This document shows positions 1-13,474 of a stretch of 64,000 nt of DNA, in pieces (within the stretch, counting starts at the first letter, position 1; the number at the start of each line of letters is the position of its first letter). The stretch is taken from positions 38,589 to 102,588 of the forward strand of contig CABUNJ010000004.1 in NCBI GenBank assembly GCA_902492935.1, given 5' to 3'. Position numbers and translations under genes: made by a program. Below the pieces are notes generated by a model. It was not told where the DNA came from. It saw only the letters and a list, made by a program, of their open reading frames with translations, and did no database searches. This DNA is from an uncultured Collinsella sp. (lineage in GTDB: Bacteria > Actinomycetota > Coriobacteriia > Coriobacteriales > Coriobacteriaceae).

Positions 1-25
1 CTGTTCTAATTGTTAGACGGATCGG

Positions 26-661
26 CTAGTCACGCAGGATGATGTCCATGGCGAGCATCAGGTTGCGCTCGTCGATGGCAAACGGGGCGGCTTCGCGCGT
101 CTTAGGCTTGGCGCAAAACGCGATGCCCGTGCCCGCGGCCTGGATCATGGGGATGTCGTTTGCCCCGTCGCCAATAGCGACCGTGTGGGCCATGTCGACG
201 CCGCACTCAACTGCCCAGTCCAGCAGCTGGATGAGCTTGGACTCCTTGGTCACAATGTCTGCCGCCAGCTTACCCGTGAGCTTGCCGTCTACGACCTCCA
301 GGCGGTTGGCCAGGCAAAAGTCGATACCCGCGGCAGCCACGATCTTGTCGGCGACCTCGTGGAAGCCGCCGCTCACCACGCCGACCTTCCAGCCCTTGCT
401 GTGTGCCGAGCGCACAAGCTCCAGAGCGCCGGGGGTAAACGTCACGCGATCAAAAGTGCGCTCGAACACGCTCTCGTCCAGGCCGGCAAGCAGCCCCACG
501 CGTTCCTCGAGCGCTTGCTTAAAGTCCAGCTCGCCGCGCATAGCGCGTTCGGTGATCCGCGCAACTTGCTCGCCCACGCCGGCCTCCTCGCCCAAAAGAT
601 CGATGACCTCCTGGTTGATGAGCGTGGAGTCGATATCCATAACGATGAGGCGTGCAGTCAT
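26..661 (-). CDS. serB: HAD-IB phosphoserine phosphatase-like hydrolase
   Basis: ORF 26..706. HAD motifs MDIDST, VVSGGF, GDGANDIPM. Start moved to Met16 (MTARLIV), which follows GGAAAGG. Confidence 0.7.
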   Translation of the reverse strand: MTARLIVMDIDSTLINQEVIDLLGEEAGVGEQVARITERAMRGELDFKQALEERVGLLAGLDESVFERTFDRVTFTPGALELVRSAHSKGWKVGVVSGGFHEVADKIVAAAGIDFCLANRLEVVDGKLTGKLAADIVTKESKLIQLLDWAVECGVDMAHTVAIGDGANDIPMIQAAGTGIAFCAKPKTREAAPFAIDERNLMLAMDIILRD

Positions 662-917
662 GACGGGCCTTTCCAAGTGCTGTTTTATTGGGGCATATTG
701 TCGCACGTGACGAGCGCGGGCGGGTGCCGCGGCGCGTCAATTGTTTCGTCTCCGTCAAGTCTTTGGGCAGGAGCTACTTTTTCGCGGTACATCGGCGCAG
801 GTGCGATAACATAGAACGCCATGTCTGGCTGCGCGGTTTACGCAGGCTGGGCAAATCTGTACGACGCCGCCCGGAACGACACGGGGCGGCACAGATCCAT
901 AAAGGAGGATCACTGGT

Positions 918-2705
918 ATGAGCCAGACCCGTCCCATCGACGAGCATTCCATGCACACCCGTACCTGCGGCGAGCTTCGCCGCGAGAACGTGGGCGAAGA
1001 GGTCACCCTCACCGGTTGGGTGAGCCGTCGCCGCGATCACGGCGGCCTTATTTTCTGCGACCTTCGCGACCGCGAGGGCATCACGCAGCTCACCTTCGAC
1101 CCCGAGCACTCCGACGGCGACGCCTTTAAGATTGCCGAGACCATGCGTCCCGAGTGGCCCATCAAGATCCACGGCGTCGTGCGCTCCCGTGGCGAGGAGA
1201 CCACCAACGCCAAGCTCGCGACCGGCGAGATCGAGGTCCTGACCGACCACGCCGAGGTGCTCAACACTTCCGTCACCCCGCCGTTCCAGATCGAGGACGG
1301 CATCGAGACCAGCGAGGACACCCGTCTGCGCTATCGCTATCTGGACCTCCGTCGTCCCGAGATGATGGCTAACCTCAAGCTGCGCTCCGACTTTACCTTT
1401 GCCATTCGCGAGGCGCTGCACAACCGTGAGTTCATGGAGGTCGAGACGCCCTCCCTGTTCAAGTCTACGCCCGAGGGCGCCCGCGACTTCATCGTCCCCA
1501 GCCGCATCCAGCCGGGCAACTTCTACGCCCTGCCGCAGTCCCCGCAGCTTCTGAAACAGCTGCTCATGGTCGGTGGCGTCGAGCGCTACTACCAGGTTGC
1601 CAAGTGCTTCCGCGACGAGGACCTGCGTGCCGACCGTCAGCCAGAGTTCACCCAGGTCGATATCGAGATGTCTTTCGTGGACCAGAACGATGTCATGAGC
1701 GCGCTCGAAGAGGTCCTGTCCGATGCCTTCGGCCGCATGGGCGTCGAGATGCCCACGCCGCTGCGTCGCATGGACTACTGGGAGGCCATGGACACCTATG
1801 GCTCCGACAAGCCCGATACCCGCTATGGCATGCACCTGGTCGACCTGACCGACATCTTTGCCAACTCCAAGTTCAAGGTCTTTGCGACCGCCGCAAACGA
1901 GGAGGGCTCTGTCGTCAAGGCCATCAACGCCAAGGGTGCCGGTGCCTGGGCACGTGCCAAGATCGATAAGCTCGCCGGCGTGGCCTCCACGTTTGGTGCC
2001 AAGGGTCTGGCCTGGATCGCCTTCCGCGAGGACGGCTCCATCAACAGCCCCATCGTCAAGTTCTTCTCGGACGAGGAGATGGCGGCTCTGCGCGAGCGCA
2101 TGGACGTCGAGCCCGGCGACCTTGTGATGTTCGCCGCCGGCCCGCGCCTGCTCTCCGACGAGATTCTGGGCGGCATGCGTTCTCACATGGCCAACGCACT
2201 CGAGATCAAGCGCGAGGGCCACGACTTCCTGTGGGTCGTCAACTTCCCGCTGTTCCACTGGGATGAGGATCGCAAGGCCTATGCTGCCGAGCACCAGCCC
2301 TTTACCCTGCCGACCGAGACCGACATCGCCAAGATCGAGGCTGACCCGCTGGCGGCCGGTTCTTGCACCTACGACTTTGTCATGGACGGCTTTGAGGCTG
2401 GCGGCGGCGGTATGCGTATCCACAACGCCGAGATGCAGATGTCCATGCTCAAGCTCCTGGGCTTTACCGAGGAGCGCGCCGAGTCGCAGTTCGGCTTCCT
2501 CATGGAGGCCCTCAAGTTTGGTGCGCCCCCGATGGGCGGTTTCGCTCTGGGCCTGGACCGCGTGTGCATGCTGCTCACCGGTTCCGACTCCATCCGTGAC
2601 GTCATGGCGTTCCCCAAGACGGCCAGTGGCTCCGACCTCATGTCGGGCGCCCCGAGTGCCGTTAGCGGAGCCCAGCTCAAGGACGTCAGCCTGCGCCTGA
2701 TGTAG
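918..2705 (+). CDS. aspS: aspartate--tRNA ligase (class II)
   Basis: 595 aa. Motifs FRDEDLRADRQPEFTQVD, GGGGMRIH, GLDR. AAAGGAGG lies upstream of the ATG. Confidence 0.93.
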   Translation: MSQTRPIDEHSMHTRTCGELRRENVGEEVTLTGWVSRRRDHGGLIFCDLRDREGITQLTFDPEHSDGDAFKIAETMRPEWPIKIHGVVRSRGEETTNAKLATGEIEVLTDHAEVLNTSVTPPFQIEDGIETSEDTRLRYRYLDLRRPEMMANLKLRSDFTFAIREALHNREFMEVETPSLFKSTPEGARDFIVPSRIQPGNFYALPQSPQLLKQLLMVGGVERYYQVAKCFRDEDLRADRQPEFTQVDIEMSFVDQNDVMSALEEVLSDAFGRMGVEMPTPLRRMDYWEAMDTYGSDKPDTRYGMHLVDLTDIFANSKFKVFATAANEEGSVVKAINAKGAGAWARAKIDKLAGVASTFGAKGLAWIAFREDGSINSPIVKFFSDEEMAALRERMDVEPGDLVMFAAGPRLLSDEILGGMRSHMANALEIKREGHDFLWVVNFPLFHWDEDRKAYAAEHQPFTLPTETDIAKIEADPLAAGSCTYDFVMDGFEAGGGGMRIHNAEMQMSMLKLLGFTEERAESQFGFLMEALKFGAPPMGGFALGLDRVCMLLTGSDSIRDVMAFPKTASGSDLMSGAPSAVSGAQLKDVSLRLM

Positions 2706-2804
2706 GCGAGTGGCTACATATTGCCCGCAACGAGGGAAGGACGTGTGCCTTTCCTCGTTTTTTATGCGCCGAGATTGTGAGGGCTTGGGATGACCGGACG
2801 TCGC

Positions 2805-3003
2805 GGAAAGTGCATCCCGGAATCTGCGTCCGGAATGGGTCGCCCTTTCCCAAAGGGGTCCTCTGGGAAAGCGTGCCCCAGAATTCGGCAAAATAATGGG
2901 GCACAGTTTCCGGTTGAGCTGTCTAACGGAAACTGTGCCCCAGAATGAGCGCTCAAAACGGGGCAGGCTTTCCGCAACAACTGTCTGGCGGAAAGCCTGC
3001 CCC
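2805..3003. repeat. array of alternating inverted 15-mers (GGGGCAnnnTTTCCG / CGGAAAnnnTGCCCC), REP-like
   Basis: Two perfect 15-bp-stem hairpins at 2898..2941 and 2960..3003. More degenerate units reach back to about 2805. Lies between the convergent aspS and LacI genes. Confidence 0.75.
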
Positions 3004-3009
3004 AATTTC

Positions 3010-4026
3010 TTATAGCGAGTCTCTCTGGATCAGCTGCATGTGCATCACGGAGGTGGTGGGCTCGGCACCCTTGATCATGTCGAGCGCAATGTTGGCGGCC
3101 ATGTGGCCTTCTTCGCGCAGGGGCTGGCGGACGGTCGTGAGTGCGGGGACGCAGCGCGTCGCAATCTCGTGATCGTCGAAGCCGACGACAGAAACGTCCG
3201 CCGGAACGGATAGGCCTGCCTCGTTGAGTGCGGTGATGACGCCAGCCGCGATACGGTCCGATCCGCAGAGCACGCCATCGAAAGCGATCTCGCGCGCGAG
3301 GATCTGGTGCATGGCCTGATAGCCGTCTCCGTTGTTCCAGCCGGTATAGATAACGTTTGCGTCTGGGAGGTCTTCGCCCAAGACGGCGCGGTAGCCGCGC
3401 AGGCGGTCGACAACAGCGGGGTTGTCTTGCGGTCCCAACACGGCGACGATATCTTTGCGCCCGCGCTCCTTCATGGCGAGTGCCGCAAAGTGTCCGCCCT
3501 CTTCGTCGTCTGAATAGACCGTCGAAAACACATCGCGATAGGGGTGGCCCTCGAGCTGGCCGCACAACACGGTGGGTACGCCCAGCTCGCGCAGTACCTC
3601 GAGCAGCTCGCTGCCCTTGTAGGGGGAGACGTCGATCACGGCGTCGAACGAGCGGCGCTCAAAGTGCTCGCGTGCGCGGTTGCGCTCATGCGTAGAAGAC
3701 GCCTGCAAGATAACGGGCAGATAGGACGACTCCGACAGTTCCTCGGTAATGCCGCTCAAAAACTCGCTATAGGTGGGGTCGCTGAAGAGTTCACTCAGGG
3801 GCTCGGTCACGAGCACGGCGATGATTTCCGTGCGCCCGACAGCGAGCGCTCGGCCACGAGCGTTGGGGACAAAATTGACTTCCTTGGCCGCCGCGCGGAC
3901 GCGCTTTTTGGTTTCCTCGCTAATGCGGGGCGAATCGTTGAGAGCGCGCGATGCCGTGGAGCGCGACACGCCGGCAGCTGCGGCAACCTCGGCAAGCGTA
4001 GGTGCGGTGCGAACTGGTTGGGTCAT
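3010..4026 (-). CDS. LacI family transcriptional regulator (EbgR-like by position)
   Basis: 338 aa. N-terminal HTH (LAEVAAAAGVSRSTASRALN) plus a periplasmic-binding-protein-like sugar domain. Divergent from the beta-galactosidase gene. Confidence 0.85.
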   Translation of the reverse strand: MTQPVRTAPTLAEVAAAAGVSRSTASRALNDSPRISEETKKRVRAAAKEVNFVPNARGRALAVGRTEIIAVLVTEPLSELFSDPTYSEFLSGITEELSESSYLPVILQASSTHERNRAREHFERRSFDAVIDVSPYKGSELLEVLRELGVPTVLCGQLEGHPYRDVFSTVYSDDEEGGHFAALAMKERGRKDIVAVLGPQDNPAVVDRLRGYRAVLGEDLPDANVIYTGWNNGDGYQAMHQILAREIAFDGVLCGSDRIAAGVITALNEAGLSVPADVSVVGFDDHEIATRCVPALTTVRQPLREEGHMAANIALDMIKGAEPTTSVMHMQLIQRDSL

Positions 4027-4267
4027 GGCGTCTCCTGGAGAATGCGGTCGATGTTGTCGCTGATACGGGCTGGTGCGGATACAGCTTACTATAGTGCGCC
4101 TGAACAGCGTTCATGATATCCGGTGACCGGTGTCGTTTTGCAACCAAGCCGCAATCGAATACGTCTCGTATGGGTGAGATATCAGCGGGCGTGGCGGTTG
4201 CTTACGAGCTTAAGAACGATGTCTTGCGCTGAGTTTCGATACTCAGGGTGACATAAGTGTCGCGGTT

Positions 4268-4370
4268 GTACAACCGGTTGCACCGTTAACCCGACCAAAT
4301 CGACCGTTCAGCGGACAACCGGTTGCACAGTTTTTTGCATCGCCCGTAAGATAAGGACAACCGGTTGCAC
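4268..4370. promoter_or_regulatory. three copies of a near-palindromic operator GKACAACCGGTTGCAC
   Basis: Copies at 4268..4283, 4313..4328 and 4355..4370, in the divergent LacI / beta-galactosidase intergenic region. Confidence 0.6.
4283..4308 (+). promoter_or_regulatory. bipartite direct repeat CCGTT-N16-CCGTT (copy 1 of 4)
   Basis: CCGTT at 4283 and 4304, 21 bp start to start. The second half is AAATCGACCGTTCA. Confidence 0.45.
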
Positions 4371-4387
4371 AAGAATCACTACGATGA

Positions 4388-7411
<3,024 letters not shown>

Positions 7412-7414
7412 GCC

Positions 7415-7870
7415 ATGCATGTCTTTAACTCGCGCGCCGATTTCGACGCTCAGATGAAGTCCGTCAAGAAGTGGATGCGTACCGGTCAGGCGCTCGATGG
7501 CGTTGCCGACCTGCAGCACGACGTGGCGTACTCCATCGGCGACTCGTTGGTGTACTGGTGGGTCTATGCCCGCGAGGCCGCAACCGCCGATCTGGTCGGT
7601 CACCGTCGCTACCATGCCGTGCTCGCTCCGCTCGACGGCGACCTGACCGTCGAGGTTGCCCCTAAGGCAGGTCTCACCTGCACCCGCGCTTACAGCGATA
7701 TCGATGATCGCGAGCGCTTTGAGGGGGCGGGGGAGACCGTGACGATTCCCGCCGGCGGCGTTGCCGTCGTCGAAATTGACGAGGCGTATCGCGTCCTCGC
7801 CGACACTACGGATCCCCACGTCGTCGTACTGCACGTGACGGTCGAAGGTTATTCCTTCCCCAACAAGTAG
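7415..7870 (+). CDS. ebgC: EbgC-like YhcH/YjgK/YiaL family protein
   Basis: 151 aa. Blocks shared with E. coli EbgC as I recall it: KKW, YSIGDSL, GHRRY, APK, GETV, EAYR, C-terminal GYxxxNK. Confidence 0.78.
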   Translation: MHVFNSRADFDAQMKSVKKWMRTGQALDGVADLQHDVAYSIGDSLVYWWVYAREAATADLVGHRRYHAVLAPLDGDLTVEVAPKAGLTCTRAYSDIDDRERFEGAGETVTIPAGGVAVVEIDEAYRVLADTTDPHVVVLHVTVEGYSFPNK

Positions 7871-8011
7871 TATTCGTCCGTTTGGACGTTTGCTTCGCGC
7901 CGTTAAGGGGGATGGCTTTGTTGACTCCCTTTTCCCCATTCCCCTTAGCAGGTGCGCCGTCCGTGTTTGCACTTGCAGCTCGGACGGGTTTAGATGACAT
8001 TTAATAGATGA

Positions 8012-9487
<1,476 letters not shown>

Positions 9488-9534
9488 CGGCTAGGATTAA
9501 TCTACGGCTGTGGAATAAATCGATTCCCTTTCCT

Positions 9535-9571
9535 AAGGAGGGGCCTTACGAGGCCTCTCCTTTTGTGTTTT
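9535..9571 (+). terminator. intrinsic terminator
   Basis: AAGGAGGGGCC / GGCCTCTCCTT stem followed by TTTTGTGTTTT. Confidence 0.6.
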
Positions 9572-9607
9572 GGGGCATGGTTTTGGACCCCGTGGTCAAA
9601 AAATGCC

Positions 9608-9795
9608 AAATATGAGTACTGTTGCAAAATAGGTGTCATATTCTTTCGGCCGTTCTGAGCGAAAATGGACTCAAAATCAATCTATCTAACCCCCTATAAA
9701 GGGCGTTTGACGGCTTTCAACCTCTTCGAATCGTTCAAAGTAGGCAATTTGCTCTCGATTTTGCTGCTACTAAATTGGTGACAGTACTCATATTT
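9608..9795. repeat. 188-bp low-GC segment bounded by perfect 15-bp terminal inverted repeats (MITE-like)
   Basis: AAATATGAGTACTGT at 9608..9622 and ACAGTACTCATATTT at 9781..9795. Confidence 0.5.
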
Positions 9796-9908
9796 CCCAC
9801 TTTTTGCCCACGAGGTGCTCAGAGGAGCTCTCGACAAGCATCTAACGCTACAATAGCTACCACGTGGCTGGGTTTGCCGGCCGAATGTGCGATGTCGTGG
9901 GAGGGGAC

Positions 9909-10157
9909 ATGGTCGAATTTACGAAGACGATTAAAGATCCGTTGGGATTGCATGCCCGCCCGGTTGCGCTGCTTTATGACATTATCGCCAAGCATCGTAG
10001 TGACGTGTCGGTTTCGATTGGCAATCGTCATGTCGATGGCCGCGACGTTATAGGGCTCATGGCACTCTGTGGCGAATGTGGCGAGGACATCGTGTTCCGC
10101 GTTTCGGGCGTGGATGAGGCCTCCTGTGTCACATCGATCAGAAATCTCTCGCTCTAA
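9909..10157 (+). CDS. HPr-family phosphocarrier-like protein lacking the regulatory Ser
   Basis: ORF 9864..10157. ATG 9909 follows GGGAGGGGA. Active-site GLHARP is present. The KSI (Ser46) position reads RDV. Confidence 0.7.
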   Translation: MVEFTKTIKDPLGLHARPVALLYDIIAKHRSDVSVSIGNRHVDGRDVIGLMALCGECGEDIVFRVSGVDEASCVTSIRNLSL

Positions 10158-10166
10158 GCATGATAG

Positions 10167-10203
10167 GGCGCGGTAAAGGATGGTCCTTTGCCGCGCCTTT
10201 TTG
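10167..10203 (+). terminator. intrinsic terminator
   Basis: GGCGCGGTAAAGGA / TCCTTTGCCGCGCC stem followed by TTTTTG. Confidence 0.7.
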
Positions 10204-10248
10204 TTTCGTATAGGAAACTTTTTCGAAATCTGAATGGGGACCCTTTCC

Positions 10249-10304
10249 AAAAAGTTAACCACGTGCTAGTTTACTATAGCGAACATAGACGTGGTTAACT
10301 TTTT
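10249..10304. promoter_or_regulatory. perfect 15-bp inverted repeat bracketing the feo promoter region
   Basis: AAAAAGTTAACCACG at 10249..10263 and CGTGGTTAACTTTTT at 10290..10304. The 26-bp spacer contains TACTATAGC. Confidence 0.45.
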
Positions 10305-10345
10305 ACGCGTCGATGTTGAGGACGAACTGACGTTAGGAGCAACTC

Positions 10346-10588
10346 ATGTCTTGCGGACCGCAGATGCCGGCCATGCCGCTTTCGATGGTAAAAGCGGGCG
10401 AAACCGTGCGCGTGTCTCGTGTAAAGGGCAATGAGGACATGAAACACCACCTCAAGGACCTCGGCTTTGTCGAGGGCAACGAAATCCACGTGGTGAGCTC
10501 GAGTGGTGCCAATATCATCGTCACGGTGCTGGGCGCACGCTTTGGCATCGATTCCAAGGTTGCCATGCACATCATGACCGTCGGTTAG
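10346..10588 (+). CDS. feoA: FeoA family protein
   Basis: 80 aa with an SH3-like FeoA pattern (VRVSRVKG...LKDLGF.EG). Confidence 0.8.
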   Translation: MSCGPQMPAMPLSMVKAGETVRVSRVKGNEDMKHHLKDLGFVEGNEIHVVSSSGANIIVTVLGARFGIDSKVAMHIMTVG

Positions 10589-10627
10589 TCCGCAGCATTT
10601 CATAAAAACCGAAAGGGGGACAAGAGG

Positions 10628-10849
10628 ATGAAGACGTTGGGTGACGTTAAGGTGGGCGAGAGCTCTACCATCGTCAAGCTTCACGGTGAGGGTGCGCTTC
10701 GCCGCCACCTTATGGACTTGGGGCTCATCAAGGGCACTTCGTTCAAGGTCGTGAAGGTCGCGCCGCTCGGTGATCCGGTCGAGATCAACGTGCGCGGCTA
10801 CGAGCTTTCCATCCGCAAGGAGGAGGCGGCCGTCGTCGAGGTCCAGTAA
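10628..10849 (+). CDS. feoA: FeoA family protein (second copy)
   Basis: 73 aa (VGESSTIVKLHGEG..RRHLMDLGLIKG). AAAGGGGGA RBS. Confidence 0.8.
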   Translation: MKTLGDVKVGESSTIVKLHGEGALRRHLMDLGLIKGTSFKVVKVAPLGDPVEINVRGYELSIRKEEAAVVEVQ

Positions 10850-10972
10850 GGGCTCGCGGCGTATATTTCTGCAGATAAAGTTAGGTATTTCTAACTTAAT
10901 GCAGCATCTTTGAAGCACATTATCCAGCCTGCGCGGAGAAAGCAGCGCAGGCACACAAGGAAGAAGGATTGA

Positions 10973-13300
10973 ATGGCGGATTCTCAGATCCATGTCGCGC
11001 TGGCGGGTAACCCCAACTGCGGCAAGACCACGCTTTTCAACCTGATCACCGGCGCCAACGGCTACGTTGGCAACTGGCCCGGCGTCACGGTTGAGAAAAA
11101 GGAAGCCAAGCTCCTAAGCGACAAGAACGTTACCATCACGGACCTCCCTGGCATCTACTCGCTTTCCCCCTACAGCCCCGAGGAGCAATGCTCGCGCGAT
11201 TACCTCATGAGCGGCGAGCCCGATGTTGTCGTCCAAGTTGTCGATGCCACCAACCTAGAGCGCAACCTATACCTGGCGCTTCAGGTCATCGAGACCGGCC
11301 TGCCTGTGGTCGTTGCCCTCAACATGGCTGACCTGGTCGAGAAGAATGGCGACAAGATCGACACGGACAAGCTCTCCAAGAAGCTCGGCTGCCCGGTCAT
11401 GATGATCTCGGCTCTTAAGAACAAGGGTATCAAGGAGCTGTTCGAGCAGGTTAAGAAGTCTGCTGCTTCCAAGGGCCAGGTGCCGGAGCACAAGTTCGAC
11501 TCCTCCATCGAGGACGTTCTTGACCACATCGAAAACAATCTGCCTGCGAGCGTTCCCGCTAACAAGCGCCGCTATTACGCCGTCAAGCTGTTCGAGCGTG
11601 ATGCGGACGCCTGCAAGCTCATCAACCTCACCAAGGAGAAGGCCGCTCGCGTCGAAGAGCTGGTCGCTCAGTGCGAGCAGGACTGCGACGATGACGCCGA
11701 GTCCATCATCACCGGTGAGCGCTACGGCGTGATCGCACACATCATCGACGAGTGCCTCACCAAGGCCCCGGCCAAGATGAGCACCTCCGAGAAGATCGAC
11801 CGTGTGGTTACCAACCGTATCCTGGGCCTGCCGATCTTTGTGGTCATCATGTTCTGCGTGTACTACATCGCCGTTTCCACCCTGGGCGGAACGGTGACCG
11901 ACTTCACCAACGATCAGCTCTTTGGCACCGACGGTTGGTATGTGCTCGGTCAGGGCCGCGATGCTTACGATGAGGCTGTCGAGGCCGCGGGTGACGACGC
12001 CGACTCGGTCGACCCGGCACAGTACGGCCCCTATGTCCCGGGTATCACCACCATGGTGCACGACGCCCTCGTGGCGGGTGGCACCGAGGACGGTGGCCTG
12101 GTCGATTCGCTGGTCTGCGACGGTATCGTTGGCGGCCTGGGCGCCATCTTCGGCTTTGTGCCGCAGATGTTCCTGCTGTTCGTGATGCTGTCCTTCCTGG
12201 AGGACTGCGGCTACATGGCCCGCGTCGCCTTTATCATGGACCGCGTGTTCCGCCGCTTTGGCCTGTCCGGTAAGTCGTTCATCCCCATGCTCGTGTCCTC
12301 AGGCTGCGGCGTCCCCGGCGTCATGGCCACCAAGACCATCGAGAACGAGAAGGACCGCCGCATGACGGTCATGACCACCACGTTCATCCCCTGCGGCGCC
12401 AAGCTGCCGATCATCGCCCTGCTCATGGGCTCCATCATTGGCGATTCTTCCACCACGGCCGCATGGATCAGCCCGCTTTTCTACTTCCTGGGCGTCTTTG
12501 CCGTCATCGCCTCGGGCCTCATGCTCAAGAAGACCAAGCTCTTCGCCGGCCGTCCGACCCCGTTTGTCATGGAGCTTCCTGCCTACCACTTCCCGGCGAT
12601 CCGCTCTTGGGCGCTGCACGTGTGGGAGCGCTGCTGGGCCTTTATCAAGAAGGCCGGCACGGTCATCTTTGCGTCCACCGTCGTCGTTTGGTTCCTCTCC
12701 AACTTTGGTAGCTATAACGGTTCCTTTGGCTTCCTGCCTTCCATGGAGGGCATCCCCGAGGAGTTTATGGACTACTCCGTGCTCGCCATGCTGGGCAACC
12801 TGGTTGCCTGGATCTTCGCTCCGCTCGGCTTTAGCACCTGGCGGGCAGCTGCGCTGACCTTCTCTGGCCTTGTCGCTAAGGAGAACGTCGTCGCCACCGC
12901 CGGCTCGCTGCTGTCCGTCGCCGACGCGGGCGAGACCGACCCGAGCCTGTGGACCGCGTTTGCCGGCATGTTCCCCACCATGGGCGCCTGCGTCGCCTTT
13001 GGCGCCTTCAACCTGCTGTGCGCTCCGTGCTTTGCCGCCATTGGCACTATCCGCAACCAGATGAACTCCGGCAAGTGGACCGCGATTGCCCTCGGCTACG
13101 AGTGCGCCTTCGCTTGGGTGATCGGCCTGTTCATCAACCAGTTCTACAACCTGCTTGTTCTGGGGCAGTTTGGTATCTGGACCGTTGTGGCCATTGTGCT
13201 GCTGGTTGCGATGCTCTTCCAGATCTTCCGTCCCATGCCTAAGTTTGCTTGGACGGACGAGGACGAGACCAACACTGCTTCCGCCGCAGTTTCCGCTTAA
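10973..13300 (+). CDS. feoB: ferrous iron transporter FeoB
   Basis: 775 aa. N-terminal G-domain (GNPNCGKTTLFN, DLPG) followed by a polytopic membrane domain. Confidence 0.93.
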   Translation: MADSQIHVALAGNPNCGKTTLFNLITGANGYVGNWPGVTVEKKEAKLLSDKNVTITDLPGIYSLSPYSPEEQCSRDYLMSGEPDVVVQVVDATNLERNLYLALQVIETGLPVVVALNMADLVEKNGDKIDTDKLSKKLGCPVMMISALKNKGIKELFEQVKKSAASKGQVPEHKFDSSIEDVLDHIENNLPASVPANKRRYYAVKLFERDADACKLINLTKEKAARVEELVAQCEQDCDDDAESIITGERYGVIAHIIDECLTKAPAKMSTSEKIDRVVTNRILGLPIFVVIMFCVYYIAVSTLGGTVTDFTNDQLFGTDGWYVLGQGRDAYDEAVEAAGDDADSVDPAQYGPYVPGITTMVHDALVAGGTEDGGLVDSLVCDGIVGGLGAIFGFVPQMFLLFVMLSFLEDCGYMARVAFIMDRVFRRFGLSGKSFIPMLVSSGCGVPGVMATKTIENEKDRRMTVMTTTFIPCGAKLPIIALLMGSIIGDSSTTAAWISPLFYFLGVFAVIASGLMLKKTKLFAGRPTPFVMELPAYHFPAIRSWALHVWERCWAFIKKAGTVIFASTVVVWFLSNFGSYNGSFGFLPSMEGIPEEFMDYSVLAMLGNLVAWIFAPLGFSTWRAAALTFSGLVAKENVVATAGSLLSVADAGETDPSLWTAFAGMFPTMGACVAFGAFNLLCAPCFAAIGTIRNQMNSGKWTAIALGYECAFAWVIGLFINQFYNLLVLGQFGIWTVVAIVLLVAMLFQIFRPMPKFAWTDEDETNTASAAVSA

Positions 13301-13329
13301 GTCGGAATAAGGATTAACCCCTTTCCACG

Positions 13330-13363
13330 AGCCCGGGTGTCCCAGCGACACTCGGGCTTTTTG
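13330..13363 (+). terminator. intrinsic terminator
   Basis: AGCCCGGGTGTC / GACACTCGGGCT stem followed by TTTTT. Confidence 0.65.
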
Positions 13364-13474
13364 GTGGGGGAGATATGGCGTTTGCGCAGATAAAACCGAC
13401 CAAAATAAACCGTCCCTATTTGGTAGGTGGAGAATGGGGTAAAGTAAGTGATGGTTAACTAGAGGAGGCTTGCT

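Noticed and set aside
707-917. T-box or other leader upstream of aspS; Moco riboswitch upstream of moaA (62484..62615)
   Set aside because: I looked for the T-box sequence (AGGGUGGUACCGCG-like), specifier-loop features and Moco-motif blocks and found none. Only ordinary small hairpins are present.
774-3005. 743-aa ORF on the minus strand spanning the whole aspS gene
   Set aside because: It is antisense to a well-supported aspS frame. Its Gly/Ala/Arg/Leu/Val-rich composition is typical of spurious long ORFs in high-GC DNA, and it has no recognisable motifs or RBS.
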